Source of the DNA: Candidatus Pacearchaeota archaeon
Lineage (GTDB): Archaea; Nanobdellota; Nanobdellia; Pacearchaeales; GW2011-AR1
Assembly (NCBI GenBank): GCA_018303885.1
Contig: JAGVXG010000001.1
Coordinates: 11,746 to 75,745, forward strand
Direction: 5' to 3'
Length of the DNA: 64,000 nt
Shown: one piece after another, positions 48,111-57,509 of the stretch
Position numbering within the stretch: position 1 is the first letter of the stretch
How the letters are laid out: each line of letters starts with the position of its first letter
The notes under the pieces: generated by a model
Seen by the model: the letters and a program-made list of their open reading frames with translations, nothing else
Told to the model about the DNA's origin: nothing
Database searches by the model: none
Translations under genes and position numbers: made by a program

Positions 48111-48418
48111 ATGCTACATTTACATTAGATGATTTAATTGATTGGAGCAGGGTTGGAAGGGGCTTGAAGATTAATTTAGTCGCTGACACCCGCGATAGAC
48201 AAAATTCTCCCCTATGCTCTTTTGAAGACTTGCCGCATAACTGTAGATATTCTTTACATGTAGAATATGATGACTTCCTTAAAGCAGAACCATATCAAGC
48301 AACTGGATTAACACATAAGGAATTATTAAAAAACATAGCCAAAAGTTCAATCATTTCTGTTCAATCAAGAAGAATCTATGTTGCTAGAGAAAGAGAAAAA
48401 GTAGGAGAAGTAAAATAA
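48107..48418 (+). CDS. Hypothetical protein
   Basis: Coupled to rpl35ae by an ATGA overlap. Confidence 0.6.
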   Translation: MNATFTLDDLIDWSRVGRGLKINLVADTRDRQNSPLCSFEDLPHNCRYSLHVEYDDFLKAEPYQATGLTHKELLKNIAKSSIISVQSRRIYVAREREKVGEVK

Positions 48419-48419
48419 A

Positions 48420-48656
48420 ATGGTTGAAATAAATTTAGAACCGGGAAGATGGTTTGCTCTTGACGCTGAACTAAGAGAAGTTTATGGAAATCCTGAAATC
48501 TCTAATGGAATTTACATGGGAAAGCCCCAAACTGCAAGAGTCTATGGAAATGATGTCATATTAAACTCAAATGAAAAGTCAGATCTTTTGGTGATTTGTG
48601 ACAGTACTCCTACGGAAATAAAATCAAAGCTGGTTAAACTAGCTACTAAGTTATAA
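48420..48656 (+). CDS. Hypothetical protein
   Basis: AGGAG SD; tight spacing in the operon. Confidence 0.6.
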   Translation: MVEINLEPGRWFALDAELREVYGNPEISNGIYMGKPQTARVYGNDVILNSNEKSDLLVICDSTPTEIKSKLVKLATKL

Positions 48657-48659
48657 AAA

Positions 48660-49229
48660 ATGGCATTAAGAAAAGCATCTTCATACTCGAAAAAATCTGT
48701 TGTTCCTTTTACGAGGATAAGCAAACAGAAAGGCAAGGCTTACATAAAGACTGTTCCGCCGCAGAATATTGTGAAGTTTACAATGGGTTCTGAAAAGCTT
48801 TATCGTGAAGGAAAATTTCCCCATGAACTTACCCTAGTTGCCGATGAATCAGCACAAATAAGGCACAACGCCCTCGAAGCATGCAGACAATATATCAATA
48901 AAAGACTCGATACAGACCTTGCAGGGCAATATCTTTTCAGGGTTGTTCCTTTCCCGCACCATATTCAACGAGAGAATAAGATGCTTACTGGTGCAGGAGC
49001 AGACAGAATGCAGTCTGGAATGCAATTATCTTTTGGGAAGCCAATGGGAAAGGCAGCGATTGTTAAGCACGGCACAAGGGTATTCTTCTTCGCTGTTCCA
49101 AATGAGAAAGCTATTGCCGTTATTAGAGACGTTTTATCCAAGGTAAAACCAAAATTACCGTGCAGGACTAAAGTTCTTTATGAAGTTAAGAAACCTACTG
49201 TGTTGAATGTTCCGGTTTCAAACGCTTAA
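48660..49229 (+). CDS. rpl10e: 50S ribosomal protein uL16 (L10e)
   Basis: QIRHNALEACR, FPHHIQRENKMLTGAGADR and KLP. Confidence 0.96.
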   Translation: MALRKASSYSKKSVVPFTRISKQKGKAYIKTVPPQNIVKFTMGSEKLYREGKFPHELTLVADESAQIRHNALEACRQYINKRLDTDLAGQYLFRVVPFPHHIQRENKMLTGAGADRMQSGMQLSFGKPMGKAAIVKHGTRVFFFAVPNEKAIAVIRDVLSKVKPKLPCRTKVLYEVKKPTVLNVPVSNA

Positions 49230-49322
49230 TATTTTAGAGTTATGGCTTTTGTGTTATTAACTATGTAATAGTAACAAATAGAAAGATTTATAAAGTTCAA
49301 GTTCTTGGGAAAAACATAGAAA

Positions 49323-49919
49323 ATGGCAGACGTAACACAAAGACCAAATTTTGAGAAGTACCAATATGGTGCATTAGCTGCGCACTTGGCATCATCTAAA
49401 GAAAGTGGAAGATATGCTCCAGGTGCTCTTGAGGTGCTTGCTGGCTCAAAAGGTCTTAATCTTGGAGAAGATGCTGAAGGTTTTATCAGAGGAACTAAGG
49501 CGTCTAAAGAAGGAATAGAAACTGCAACACAAATTTACGCGGGAAAATTCGAAGAAAAGAGAGGAGAGTACAAGCTAATTGAATTAGCTTCTGGATGGTA
49601 CGCTCCTGTATTAAATAGTATTGATAAAGAAGACAAAGATAAAATCGTCGCAAAATTGGGGAGATATGATGAAACTCTTGTAAGTATCATGAAAAAATAT
49701 AGAAAGGCTTCTAGAATTGTTCAAGATTCAGAAGATAATGACTTTAAAGATCAATATACTCCTGAGCAGGTTTCAGAAGCTAAGGAAACATTCAAGAAAT
49801 ACCATGAAGTAATGGAAATTATAGATGCTCTTGACAGATATACTCTTGAAAGCTTAAGACCAGGAGCAGTAGAATCTACAAGAAAAACTGAATTAAAGGG
49901 CTTGGCTTCTAAGGTTTAA
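49323..49919 (+). CDS. Hypothetical protein
   Basis: 198-aa helical ORF with upstream BRE/TATA. Confidence 0.75.
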   Translation: MADVTQRPNFEKYQYGALAAHLASSKESGRYAPGALEVLAGSKGLNLGEDAEGFIRGTKASKEGIETATQIYAGKFEEKRGEYKLIELASGWYAPVLNSIDKEDKDKIVAKLGRYDETLVSIMKKYRKASRIVQDSEDNDFKDQYTPEQVSEAKETFKKYHEVMEIIDALDRYTLESLRPGAVESTRKTELKGLASKV

Positions 49920-49928
49920 TTTTAGAAA

Positions 49929-50207
49929 ATGCAAAGATTAAAAAATTTGATTGGAGACTTTTTGGGATATGGAAGATGCCCTGTAACTAATGAAACATAC
50001 TGGCATGCAAACATTGTTAGTGTTCCCTATTCTGAACGTTCTGGCGTATTAATTTCAGCAAGAGCCTTATCTGAAGTACCAAAAGAAAGAATAGCTCAAG
50101 TTGTTTTCGAACGTAGTAGAAATATGACTAATGCTTTTCCACAAAGATATTCCCTTGAAGAAATAACTGGACAAATCCCAAAAGGGTGTATGAGATTACC
50201 AAGATAA
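49929..50207 (+). CDS. Hypothetical protein
   Basis: 92 aa. Confidence 0.6.
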   Translation: MQRLKNLIGDFLGYGRCPVTNETYWHANIVSVPYSERSGVLISARALSEVPKERIAQVVFERSRNMTNAFPQRYSLEEITGQIPKGCMRLPR

Positions 50208-50246
50208 ATTAGAAAGAAATAAATACTAGTTTTTCTCGGTTTTTAA

Positions 50247-50537
50247 ATGGCAGAACCAACAACACGGCCAAGATTTGAAGTTGGTAAAAATTATGATGTT
50301 TCTGATTTTAGAGAAGCAGGATATTTTGCTTTTAAAACAATAAGACTTAATCCTTCACTTTCTGAAAAATATAAAAGAGATAGAATGATAAGATGGAAAA
50401 GAGGAAATGATAATTACCTTGTTGTTAGAGAACCGAACCTCGTAAGAGTCATTCACCATTATATGTCTGAGCCAGGGGGGAGGATAAAAAATCTTAAACG
50501 AAGACCAAACAGAAATGGCGAACGGACAAAAACTTGA
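50247..50537 (+). CDS. Hypothetical protein
   Basis: 96 aa; resembles 50546..50773. Confidence 0.6.
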   Translation: MAEPTTRPRFEVGKNYDVSDFREAGYFAFKTIRLNPSLSEKYKRDRMIRWKRGNDNYLVVREPNLVRVIHHYMSEPGGRIKNLKRRPNRNGERTKT

Positions 50538-50545
50538 AATAAAAT

Positions 50546-50773
50546 ATGGCGCTGGAAATAAAAGTAGATAGGCTTTATGAGGTATCGGAATTGCGAATGG
50601 ATGGATATACTGCAGTTAATATTACAGAAATTCAAGCACTTCCATTAATTCAAAGATATGGTGCAAGAAAAGTGGTACATTATAGAAAAGGGGGCGAACA
50701 TCTTTACCTTGTTAAAGATTCTGGATATTTAAGGCTCCATTCTCAATTTAAAACAAAACAAAAATCGCAATAA
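50546..50773 (+). CDS. Hypothetical protein
   Basis: 75 aa; YEVSELRMDGY versus YDVSDFREAGY in the upstream ORF. Confidence 0.6.
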   Translation: MALEIKVDRLYEVSELRMDGYTAVNITEIQALPLIQRYGARKVVHYRKGGEHLYLVKDSGYLRLHSQFKTKQKSQ

Positions 50774-50779
50774 TTTTTG

Positions 50780-51634
50780 TTATTCAATCAAGTCCTTAAC
50801 GAGATTTGCCATGGCTTCTAAGAATTGTTCTGCGCGCTCCTGCCATGCATCAATTTCAACACCCTTGAGGTTTTTTATTTCTCCGTGAGCTATTTTTTTA
50901 TGGAGAACAAGAAGATCACGATACCAAATAACATATTTCATGTCTAATTTTCCTGCGTTCACGAAAACTTCTTTTAAGTCTCCGGAAATGTGCTCTGGAG
51001 ATGCCGGTGAAACATTTGCTGCAATCAATGCAGCGTGTGCAGAATCAACCATGCTCCAAAAAAGCCCATCTATGGAATTTAATTCGGCGATTCTGCTTCT
51101 TGCAATATGCTGCGGCGCTCTCTGAAGCGCGGCATAAATTGCTTCAGGGGTTGATTTGATTTTTCCCTTGAGAAGAAGTGCTTTTAATGGGTTAAAAAAT
51201 CCAGCCATATCAACCATGGGTTCTCCATATCTAAGAATATTGACTACAACAGGGTCTCCACGCATTAAGTCTTCCCACCAAGTGCTTAATTTAACCGTGT
51301 TAATATGTAAAGCATTTTGATAAGGATTTGCTTTGATTAATTTTTCAAGTTCCTCACGATACCACGCAATCAATTCCTGATCCCAATTAATGCTTACATC
51401 ATCGATAATAATTATAATGTCTATATCAGAACCTGTTACAGCGGTTTGCTTCGCCGTGGAGCCGAAAAGAACAATAGATTTTACAATCTTGTCAAATACC
51501 TTGTAAGTCTTTAAGGCAAAATCCATCGCTATGTCTGTTTCTTTTTTCAACTGCAATGTAGGAATGTTTTTTGGGGTTTTGCTGTTTTTCCCAGAAGATT
51601 TTTTATTATTGGATTTTTTTTGTTTCTTTGCCAT
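50780..51634 (-). CDS. Nucleotidyltransferase fused to HEPN-like domain
   Basis: LFGS....SDIDIIIIIDD and MVDSAHAALIA...PASPEH. Confidence 0.85.
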   Translation of the reverse strand: MAKKQKKSNNKKSSGKNSKTPKNIPTLQLKKETDIAMDFALKTYKVFDKIVKSIVLFGSTAKQTAVTGSDIDIIIIIDDVSINWDQELIAWYREELEKLIKANPYQNALHINTVKLSTWWEDLMRGDPVVVNILRYGEPMVDMAGFFNPLKALLLKGKIKSTPEAIYAALQRAPQHIARSRIAELNSIDGLFWSMVDSAHAALIAANVSPASPEHISGDLKEVFVNAGKLDMKYVIWYRDLLVLHKKIAHGEIKNLKGVEIDAWQERAEQFLEAMANLVKDLIE

Positions 51635-51845
51635 CTTATATTATATTTTTATGGGACTGATTTTTAATTGCTAGTGCAAAAACTGGTTTTATATTAAAAT
51701 AGTTTAACAAGTTGTCAACACCAACCATCTTTTTATTTAACATATTCTAACTTAAATTTACCAATTCTCTTTTATATCCTACAATATATATTATTGAATA
51801 TAGTTTAAAAACTTTAACTTTAAAGTATTACTTTCTCGGCGAGAA

Positions 51846-52142
51846 TCAATCAACAGATATCCTATGCCCCTGTACAGAATCAACCTTTCTAGCACTATCT
51901 ATTCTCATCCATGGAATACCTTCACGAGGAAGGAAAAAGCATCCACTTTTTATTCTTTCATCAAGAGATTTTTTTATTTTTGGTGTAATATATCTTTTAA
52001 AACTTCTAATAGCTTCTTGAGAATTTCTTGCTACTCTAAAAGCCGTGTCACTACATGGATCGTATTGAATATCATCCTCCATTGCGGGTCTGCTATATTG
52101 TTGAACTGTGTATCTGATTAGGTATATCTTTAAATCTGCCAT
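51846..52142 (-). CDS. Hypothetical protein
   Basis: 98 aa with upstream TATA. Confidence 0.6.
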   Translation of the reverse strand: MADLKIYLIRYTVQQYSRPAMEDDIQYDPCSDTAFRVARNSQEAIRSFKRYITPKIKKSLDERIKSGCFFLPREGIPWMRIDSARKVDSVQGHRISVD

Positions 52143-52267
52143 ATCTTTCTCACAATATATTATTATATAAATCTTTCTAATGTAATTACTATTAAATTAA
52201 TATAACCTTTGAATCAAAATGATTATAGAATATAGTTTTTAAATTTACTGAATTCTGGAGAAAAAAT

Positions 52268-52531
52268 TTATTTTAAGGGATGTTCTAAATTCATGCGATA
52301 ATGATGTGATTCAAGGCAATTCACTAATAATCTAACTCCGGAAATTGTTGGTGCAGTTCTATTGTAAGGAGGATAAAACTCCGCATATCTATCATTATCT
52401 CTAATTGAAACAACTTTATGGTCTTCGTCTGAGGCTAATTCTCTTATTTTTCCTTTTTCTCCACTAAGCTTAAATCCTTTCTTTTCCACCAATTGATTTA
52501 TTGCATAATCTAAAGTATCCAAACTTGTCAT
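52268..52531 (-). CDS. Hypothetical protein
   Basis: 87 aa with upstream TATA. Confidence 0.6.
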   Translation of the reverse strand: MTSLDTLDYAINQLVEKKGFKLSGEKGKIRELASDEDHKVVSIRDNDRYAEFYPPYNRTAPTISGVRLLVNCLESHHYRMNLEHPLK

Positions 52532-52593
52532 AACTTTTTCTATTTATTTGTATATTTAAAGATTTATATTAATTCTTGATAAAAAAGAAAAAA

Positions 52594-54393
52594 TTATTCC
52601 ATTGGTCTTCCGGACATTCTTGAGCCTTGTGCTCCTTGAGGAGTGCCACCAAGCTCTTTTGGAAGCCTTGCAAAGCTTGTTCCAAAAGTTTCATAATTTA
52701 TCTGGGGAAGCCATTGACCATCTAATCCTCCATGATATCCTTGGTAAAGTCCTGGGGCTTGAGACCAATAAGGAGCCATGTACATTGAATAAAGAGGAGA
52801 GCCCGCAGCCTCTAAAGTTTCCTGAAATGGAGAGGTTTTAATATGCTGCCACCAATCTGCTGCCTCAATAATTTTTCTTGCATTAAAGCCCTTTTCTCCA
52901 AGCTTTTCCATTATTTCTTTGAGGGGAACATTTCCCATTCCCATCGGGAGTTCTGTATGCTCCAAACCAAAATTGTCAGAAAGATGAACATGCTTTACAT
53001 AAGGTGCAACTTGCTCTGCTTCTTTTATGATTTCTTTTTCATCGTATCCAAATTTTCTCAGCATGTTTATGTGCCCTACGTCCCAGGTAGCTCCTATGAA
53101 TTTCTCTGCCTGGCGCTTTGCTTCTGATTCAGACATGCCTTCTTTTACTGCATTATCGACAAATTGCTTTCTTGATGCTACAACAATGTTTTTTATGTCT
53201 TTTCCTGTACTTAACGCAAAACCTGCTGGAGGATTTTCAATAACCAAAATCGGTGACTTATCTTTGAATTTTTTGTAAGCCTCAAAAGCAGCATTACCGT
53301 AAGTCTGCGAGGATTTTTTTATTGCAAAATCTTCTATTGGAACCCACATTTTTGGAGAGTTTTCTTCTAAAGTTCCAATCAATTCTCTCAATGCTTCTGA
53401 ATGGATTTTTGGATTGAGATATTTTTCTGGACTTTTTATCTTACCATCTTCTACACCGATTAGTTCTCCATATTTTTCAGAAAAGTTTTTTAAATCACTC
53501 ATCCGTTTCACATCACCATCCGCTTTCGCAAATTCATATGCTTTGCTAAAAAGAGAATCGGCAGACATTTTGGCTTGTTCAACAAATTCATATGCGGAAA
53601 AAATTTTGTGAATTTGCTCTTTTTCGTCTCCAGAAATTTCCGCAGGGTTTAATTTTCCGGATCTAAGTGCTGCGGCCCTTGCTATGACAATTGGGTGAAC
53701 ATCTTTCATAATTCTTTCGGCATTTTCTCTATTGACTTCTATTTGAAATAATGAGTTTCTCCATTCTGTGGAATTTAAATTATCCAAACGTCTTTCTGGA
53801 GTTTTTATTTCTCCCTTGACATTACCTCCGGGATGATATTCTAAATCAGGCTCCAACGGCGCCATTCTTCCTGTTTCTCTGTTAACGGCAATCATTTTTC
53901 TATAATCTCCTGTTTCTTCTGTTCTTTTTCTTGGGGGAAGAAATTGTGAACCTGGAATTCCTTCTGCAGAATGAAAGTTAACAGGAATATTTCCGCTTGG
54001 GTTTAGTTCATGGCTTCGCAAAAGAACTTGAGTAACTTTTTCCTCTGCAAGCTCTCTATCATTTTCGCTGAAACCACTTTGAGTAAATCCCGCCACATCT
54101 ATTACAGGACCGTGAAGAGAAACGTCAATACCGGTAAGTTTTGAAAGCCTGTGAACTTCTTTTAGATGCTGTTTTGGTATGGAGTCAAAAATTTTATCGG
54201 AAACGCCTTCAATTTCGATTTGTTTTGCTCCTGAAGAAAGTTTAGAGGAAACTTCCTGCAAGAGATTTGCTGAACGCGGGTCAGTAGTCATTCCTAGGCT
54301 TCCTGCGGCAAGATAAGTGTTAGAAGGGGGCGTTAAACCAGAATAACCTCCCTGATAAATGTCTGAGATTTTGTAGCCTGCTTTTTCCACCAT
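52594..54393 (-). CDS. Xylose isomerase/AP endonuclease 2-like TIM-barrel protein
   Basis: SLHGP, NFHS, IENP, TWDVGH, HVHLSDN..H and IIE metal ligands, with a large insertion. Confidence 0.85.
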   Translation of the reverse strand: MVEKAGYKISDIYQGGYSGLTPPSNTYLAAGSLGMTTDPRSANLLQEVSSKLSSGAKQIEIEGVSDKIFDSIPKQHLKEVHRLSKLTGIDVSLHGPVIDVAGFTQSGFSENDRELAEEKVTQVLLRSHELNPSGNIPVNFHSAEGIPGSQFLPPRKRTEETGDYRKMIAVNRETGRMAPLEPDLEYHPGGNVKGEIKTPERRLDNLNSTEWRNSLFQIEVNRENAERIMKDVHPIVIARAAALRSGKLNPAEISGDEKEQIHKIFSAYEFVEQAKMSADSLFSKAYEFAKADGDVKRMSDLKNFSEKYGELIGVEDGKIKSPEKYLNPKIHSEALRELIGTLEENSPKMWVPIEDFAIKKSSQTYGNAAFEAYKKFKDKSPILVIENPPAGFALSTGKDIKNIVVASRKQFVDNAVKEGMSESEAKRQAEKFIGATWDVGHINMLRKFGYDEKEIIKEAEQVAPYVKHVHLSDNFGLEHTELPMGMGNVPLKEIMEKLGEKGFNARKIIEAADWWQHIKTSPFQETLEAAGSPLYSMYMAPYWSQAPGLYQGYHGGLDGQWLPQINYETFGTSFARLPKELGGTPQGAQGSRMSGRPME

Positions 54394-54573
54394 GATTGTT
54401 ATAGTTATGATTAATTTATATAGTTTACGACGAAGGTTTTTGTTAAATTTGTTAGTCTAAAGGTTAATATGTTTAAGTTGAATAAACTAAAGTAATTTGA
54501 TAATGATCTTTAATTACGACGGTTTTTACATTAACATATTAGTTTTTGATGTAATTTAAAATTAATAACTAAA

Positions 54574-55188
54574 TCATTTAGAAGTCCTCGGCTTGTATTT
54601 CTCATATTTTTGCTCCTCTCTTTCAAGGGGGTTTCTTCTTCCGACGTTTTCAAAATCAAACCTATCAACTCTTTGTATTCTTTCTTGAGTCGGAGATTCT
54701 ACTCTTGCTTCAGCAGATTGTGTGAAAAGCGCTTCTCGGCCTGTTTCTGACCAGGGACCTGTTCTCTTTCTTCCAGCTTCTTCAAATCTTAATCTTTCTG
54801 GTTCTTTATAAATTTGCGTCGAAGATTCAACGTATTTTGGCTCATTTGTTTCTGAACCTGAAGAAACATACTTGAATTCATCGCTGCTTTCTTCTTTTGA
54901 ATTTGCTTGGGTTCCTTGAGGTATTCCGCCGACGAAGATTGGCCTTGGCGCAGAGCCGGCGATTCTCTCTAAAACAGGGGCTCTTTCTTCCTGTGGCGCG
55001 GATTGTCGCATAAACTGATGAAATTCAAGGTCATTCGAGTTTGATTCCGATTCTTCTTCAAGCATTGATTCTTTTAGTTTTTCAGAGCCTAATTTTTCTT
55101 GAGGTTTAACCAAGGATTTTTTTAATTGTGTAGCTATTTCTTTGTCTATATTTTTTTCGTCCTTTGTTTTGTTTTTAGTCTTTTTCAT
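54574..55188 (-). CDS. Hypothetical, probably disordered, charged protein
   Basis: 204 aa, E/S/K/R-rich. Confidence 0.7.
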   Translation of the reverse strand: MKKTKNKTKDEKNIDKEIATQLKKSLVKPQEKLGSEKLKESMLEEESESNSNDLEFHQFMRQSAPQEERAPVLERIAGSAPRPIFVGGIPQGTQANSKEESSDEFKYVSSGSETNEPKYVESSTQIYKEPERLRFEEAGRKRTGPWSETGREALFTQSAEARVESPTQERIQRVDRFDFENVGRRNPLEREEQKYEKYKPRTSK

Positions 55189-55248
55189 GATTATACTAAG
55201 AAATGGAAATATATAAAAATTAGCATTACCTAAAATAATGACTGAAAC

Positions 55249-55470
55249 ATGAGGAAAATTATAATCGGGACGCTTTCTGTAATGCTTGGAACATTGCTCT
55301 TAATGGATTCTCTCCCAGGGATTACCGGATATGTGATTTCTAACGGCGATGGTTCTAGTTTACTTTCTGTTTTTGGTTTTATTTTTTTAATTTGCGGGTT
55401 TGCGCTTTTTATTTTGGAAATCCGTAAAAATAGAAAAGTAATTAAAGCAAAAAAACTTAGTAAACACTAA
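55249..55470 (+). CDS. Small two-TM protein with ITGYVI motif
   Basis: Hydrophobic hairpin and basic tail. Confidence 0.7.
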   Translation: MRKIIIGTLSVMLGTLLLMDSLPGITGYVISNGDGSSLLSVFGFIFLICGFALFILEIRKNRKVIKAKKLSKH

Positions 55471-55531
55471 TGAACGCAAGAGTTAGAAGCTTTAGTTCTC
55501 ATAAAAAACCAAAAAAGAGGGGGAAATAAAA

Positions 55532-55561
55532 ATGGCTAAGAAAAAAAAGAAAAGAAGATAA
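55532..55561 (+). CDS. 9-aa polybasic micro-ORF MAKKKKKRR
   Basis: SD GAGGGGG 8 nt upstream; T-run immediately after the stop. Confidence 0.35.
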   Translation: MAKKKKKRR

Positions 55562-55651
55562 GTTTTTTAAAACCCTTCATCATATTTATTTCAATAATTT
55601 TTTATTTATTTTTATTTTTTACAAAGATTTCTTTTTTACCTTTTTGAGTAA

Positions 55652-57436
55652 TTATTTCGTTCCATATTTTTCCCAAACTTTCTTAAATTTTGGGGTTTTC
55701 TTCATTTCATCGAAAGTTCCTTCTGCAATAATTTTTCCCTTATCAAACATATAAATATAATCAAAGTTTTTTAGCAAATGCAATCTGTGAATTGAGGATA
55801 TGATTGTTTTTTTACGAAAAACTCTGAACAAAGCCTCATGAATTCTCATCTCATTTAAGCTGTCAACGCTGCTTGTTGGTTCATCCAGCAGCAGGATTTC
55901 ACTTTTCCTTGCCGCTAAAATTCCTCGAGCAAGAGCCAGTCTTTGCTTTTCTCCCCCGCTTAATGAAACACCTTTTTCCAGAACATTTGTATTTAATCCT
56001 TTTTCAAGTCTATCAACCACTTTTCCAAACTGAGCCATGTCAATTACCTTTTCCAAATGCTCTTTCTTAACTTTTAGATCCATTGTAATATTATATTTTA
56101 TAGTATTGTTGAATATTTCAGGGTCTTGGGGAATTAGTGTTATGTGCTGTTTTAATCTTGAAGGCCCATGATTAAGTTTTTTCCCATCGCAGTAAACATC
56201 TCCTTTGTCTGGGGGGTATAACCCCCTCATCAATGATAAGATAGTGCTTTTACCAGAACCACTTTCCCCGATCAAAGCTATTCTCTGCCCTCGCTTAAAA
56301 GAAATATTTACTTTACTTAGGTGTTTCTTCTCACCTTCTTGGTCATACTTAAAATCAAAATTTTTTAATTCTATTTTTTCCCAGTTGGGAGGAAGTTTTT
56401 CTCCAACCTCATTCTTCACTTTTTCAAAAGCCTCTTCAATAGGACGTGCTCCTACAAGCCTTGCATCATAACGAACTATCTCCCCATAAATTTGTGCAAA
56501 TCTTTGGAAGGTTCCACCTGCTCTTTCTAGATATCCATACAAAATGTATAGTGTTCCTATCATTATTACTCCCTCACTGGCATAGTCAGTATATGCTTTA
56601 AAAATCAAGACAACCACAGTCATAAGAGAGATTGCAAGATCTCCAAATCCCCATTTTATTTCGTTTAATACTACAGCTTTCTTGTTTGTATCATGACTTG
56701 CCATTAGCCTATCATTAATTTCTTGGGCAACCGTTTTCTTCAGCCTTAAGGTTATTACGGTGAATATATTGCTTACATAGTCAAAGACTGCTGCCGAAAC
56801 TTTGTTGCTATAAACATTTAATTCTTTGTAATATCCTCTAAGTTTTTTATCAAACTTCATTATTATATATAACACTGCAGAAGAAAAAACAAATGCGAAT
56901 AAAGCAATTTTAAAATCCACGAAAAACAGAATAATCAGAGAACCAAAAATGTTTATTACTGCATAAACTATTTGGAACATAGTGAAACTTGAAAAAGATT
57001 CAATTGATCCGCTTGCCCGATTTATTTTGTCTATAGTATCTCCTGAATGGTGGTCTTTGTGCCATTTTATTGGAAGCTCTAAAATCTGGTTTATTTTTCT
57101 ATTTGTGTAATTATTTCGTACAAAAAACCCTGTTCTTCCTTCGAGAACACGTGCTATTCCATGAAATGCCCAAGATCCAAGCTGTATGAAAAAAATCATT
57201 GAAATCAATATTACTAGTTTTTTGAATTCTGCTTCGGAAGTTATACTATTTTGTATAGAATTAAAAATCAATCCGATAACGAGAGGAGTCATTAGTGCTA
57301 TGATGCCAGATATCGTGAATAGAATGAGAAAAGTTATGAATACATTTCTTCTACTTCCGAGATATTCCCATTCCGTCTTGATAGTATTCCAAATTGGATT
57401 TCCCTTGTCCTGCTTTGACCCCTTTTCCTTCATCAT
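55652..57436 (-). CDS. ABC exporter, fused permease and ATPase
   Basis: Multiple N-terminal TMs, GESGSGKS, LSGGEKQR, LLLDEPTS and IHRL. Confidence 0.93.
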   Translation of the reverse strand: MMKEKGSKQDKGNPIWNTIKTEWEYLGSRRNVFITFLILFTISGIIALMTPLVIGLIFNSIQNSITSEAEFKKLVILISMIFFIQLGSWAFHGIARVLEGRTGFFVRNNYTNRKINQILELPIKWHKDHHSGDTIDKINRASGSIESFSSFTMFQIVYAVINIFGSLIILFFVDFKIALFAFVFSSAVLYIIMKFDKKLRGYYKELNVYSNKVSAAVFDYVSNIFTVITLRLKKTVAQEINDRLMASHDTNKKAVVLNEIKWGFGDLAISLMTVVVLIFKAYTDYASEGVIMIGTLYILYGYLERAGGTFQRFAQIYGEIVRYDARLVGARPIEEAFEKVKNEVGEKLPPNWEKIELKNFDFKYDQEGEKKHLSKVNISFKRGQRIALIGESGSGKSTILSLMRGLYPPDKGDVYCDGKKLNHGPSRLKQHITLIPQDPEIFNNTIKYNITMDLKVKKEHLEKVIDMAQFGKVVDRLEKGLNTNVLEKGVSLSGGEKQRLALARGILAARKSEILLLDEPTSSVDSLNEMRIHEALFRVFRKKTIISSIHRLHLLKNFDYIYMFDKGKIIAEGTFDEMKKTPKFKKVWEKYGTK

Positions 57437-57509
57437 TTTTTAATAAGGGAAATATCACTTATAAAAGTAATTTTTATGCTAAACTATGCGCAGTCCTACG
57501 CCAAAACCA

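Noticed and set aside
51679-51690. AAAACTGGTTTT as a third copy of the copper-island operator
   Set aside because: It lacks the outer TG, has different spacing to the ATG, and precedes an unrelated gene.
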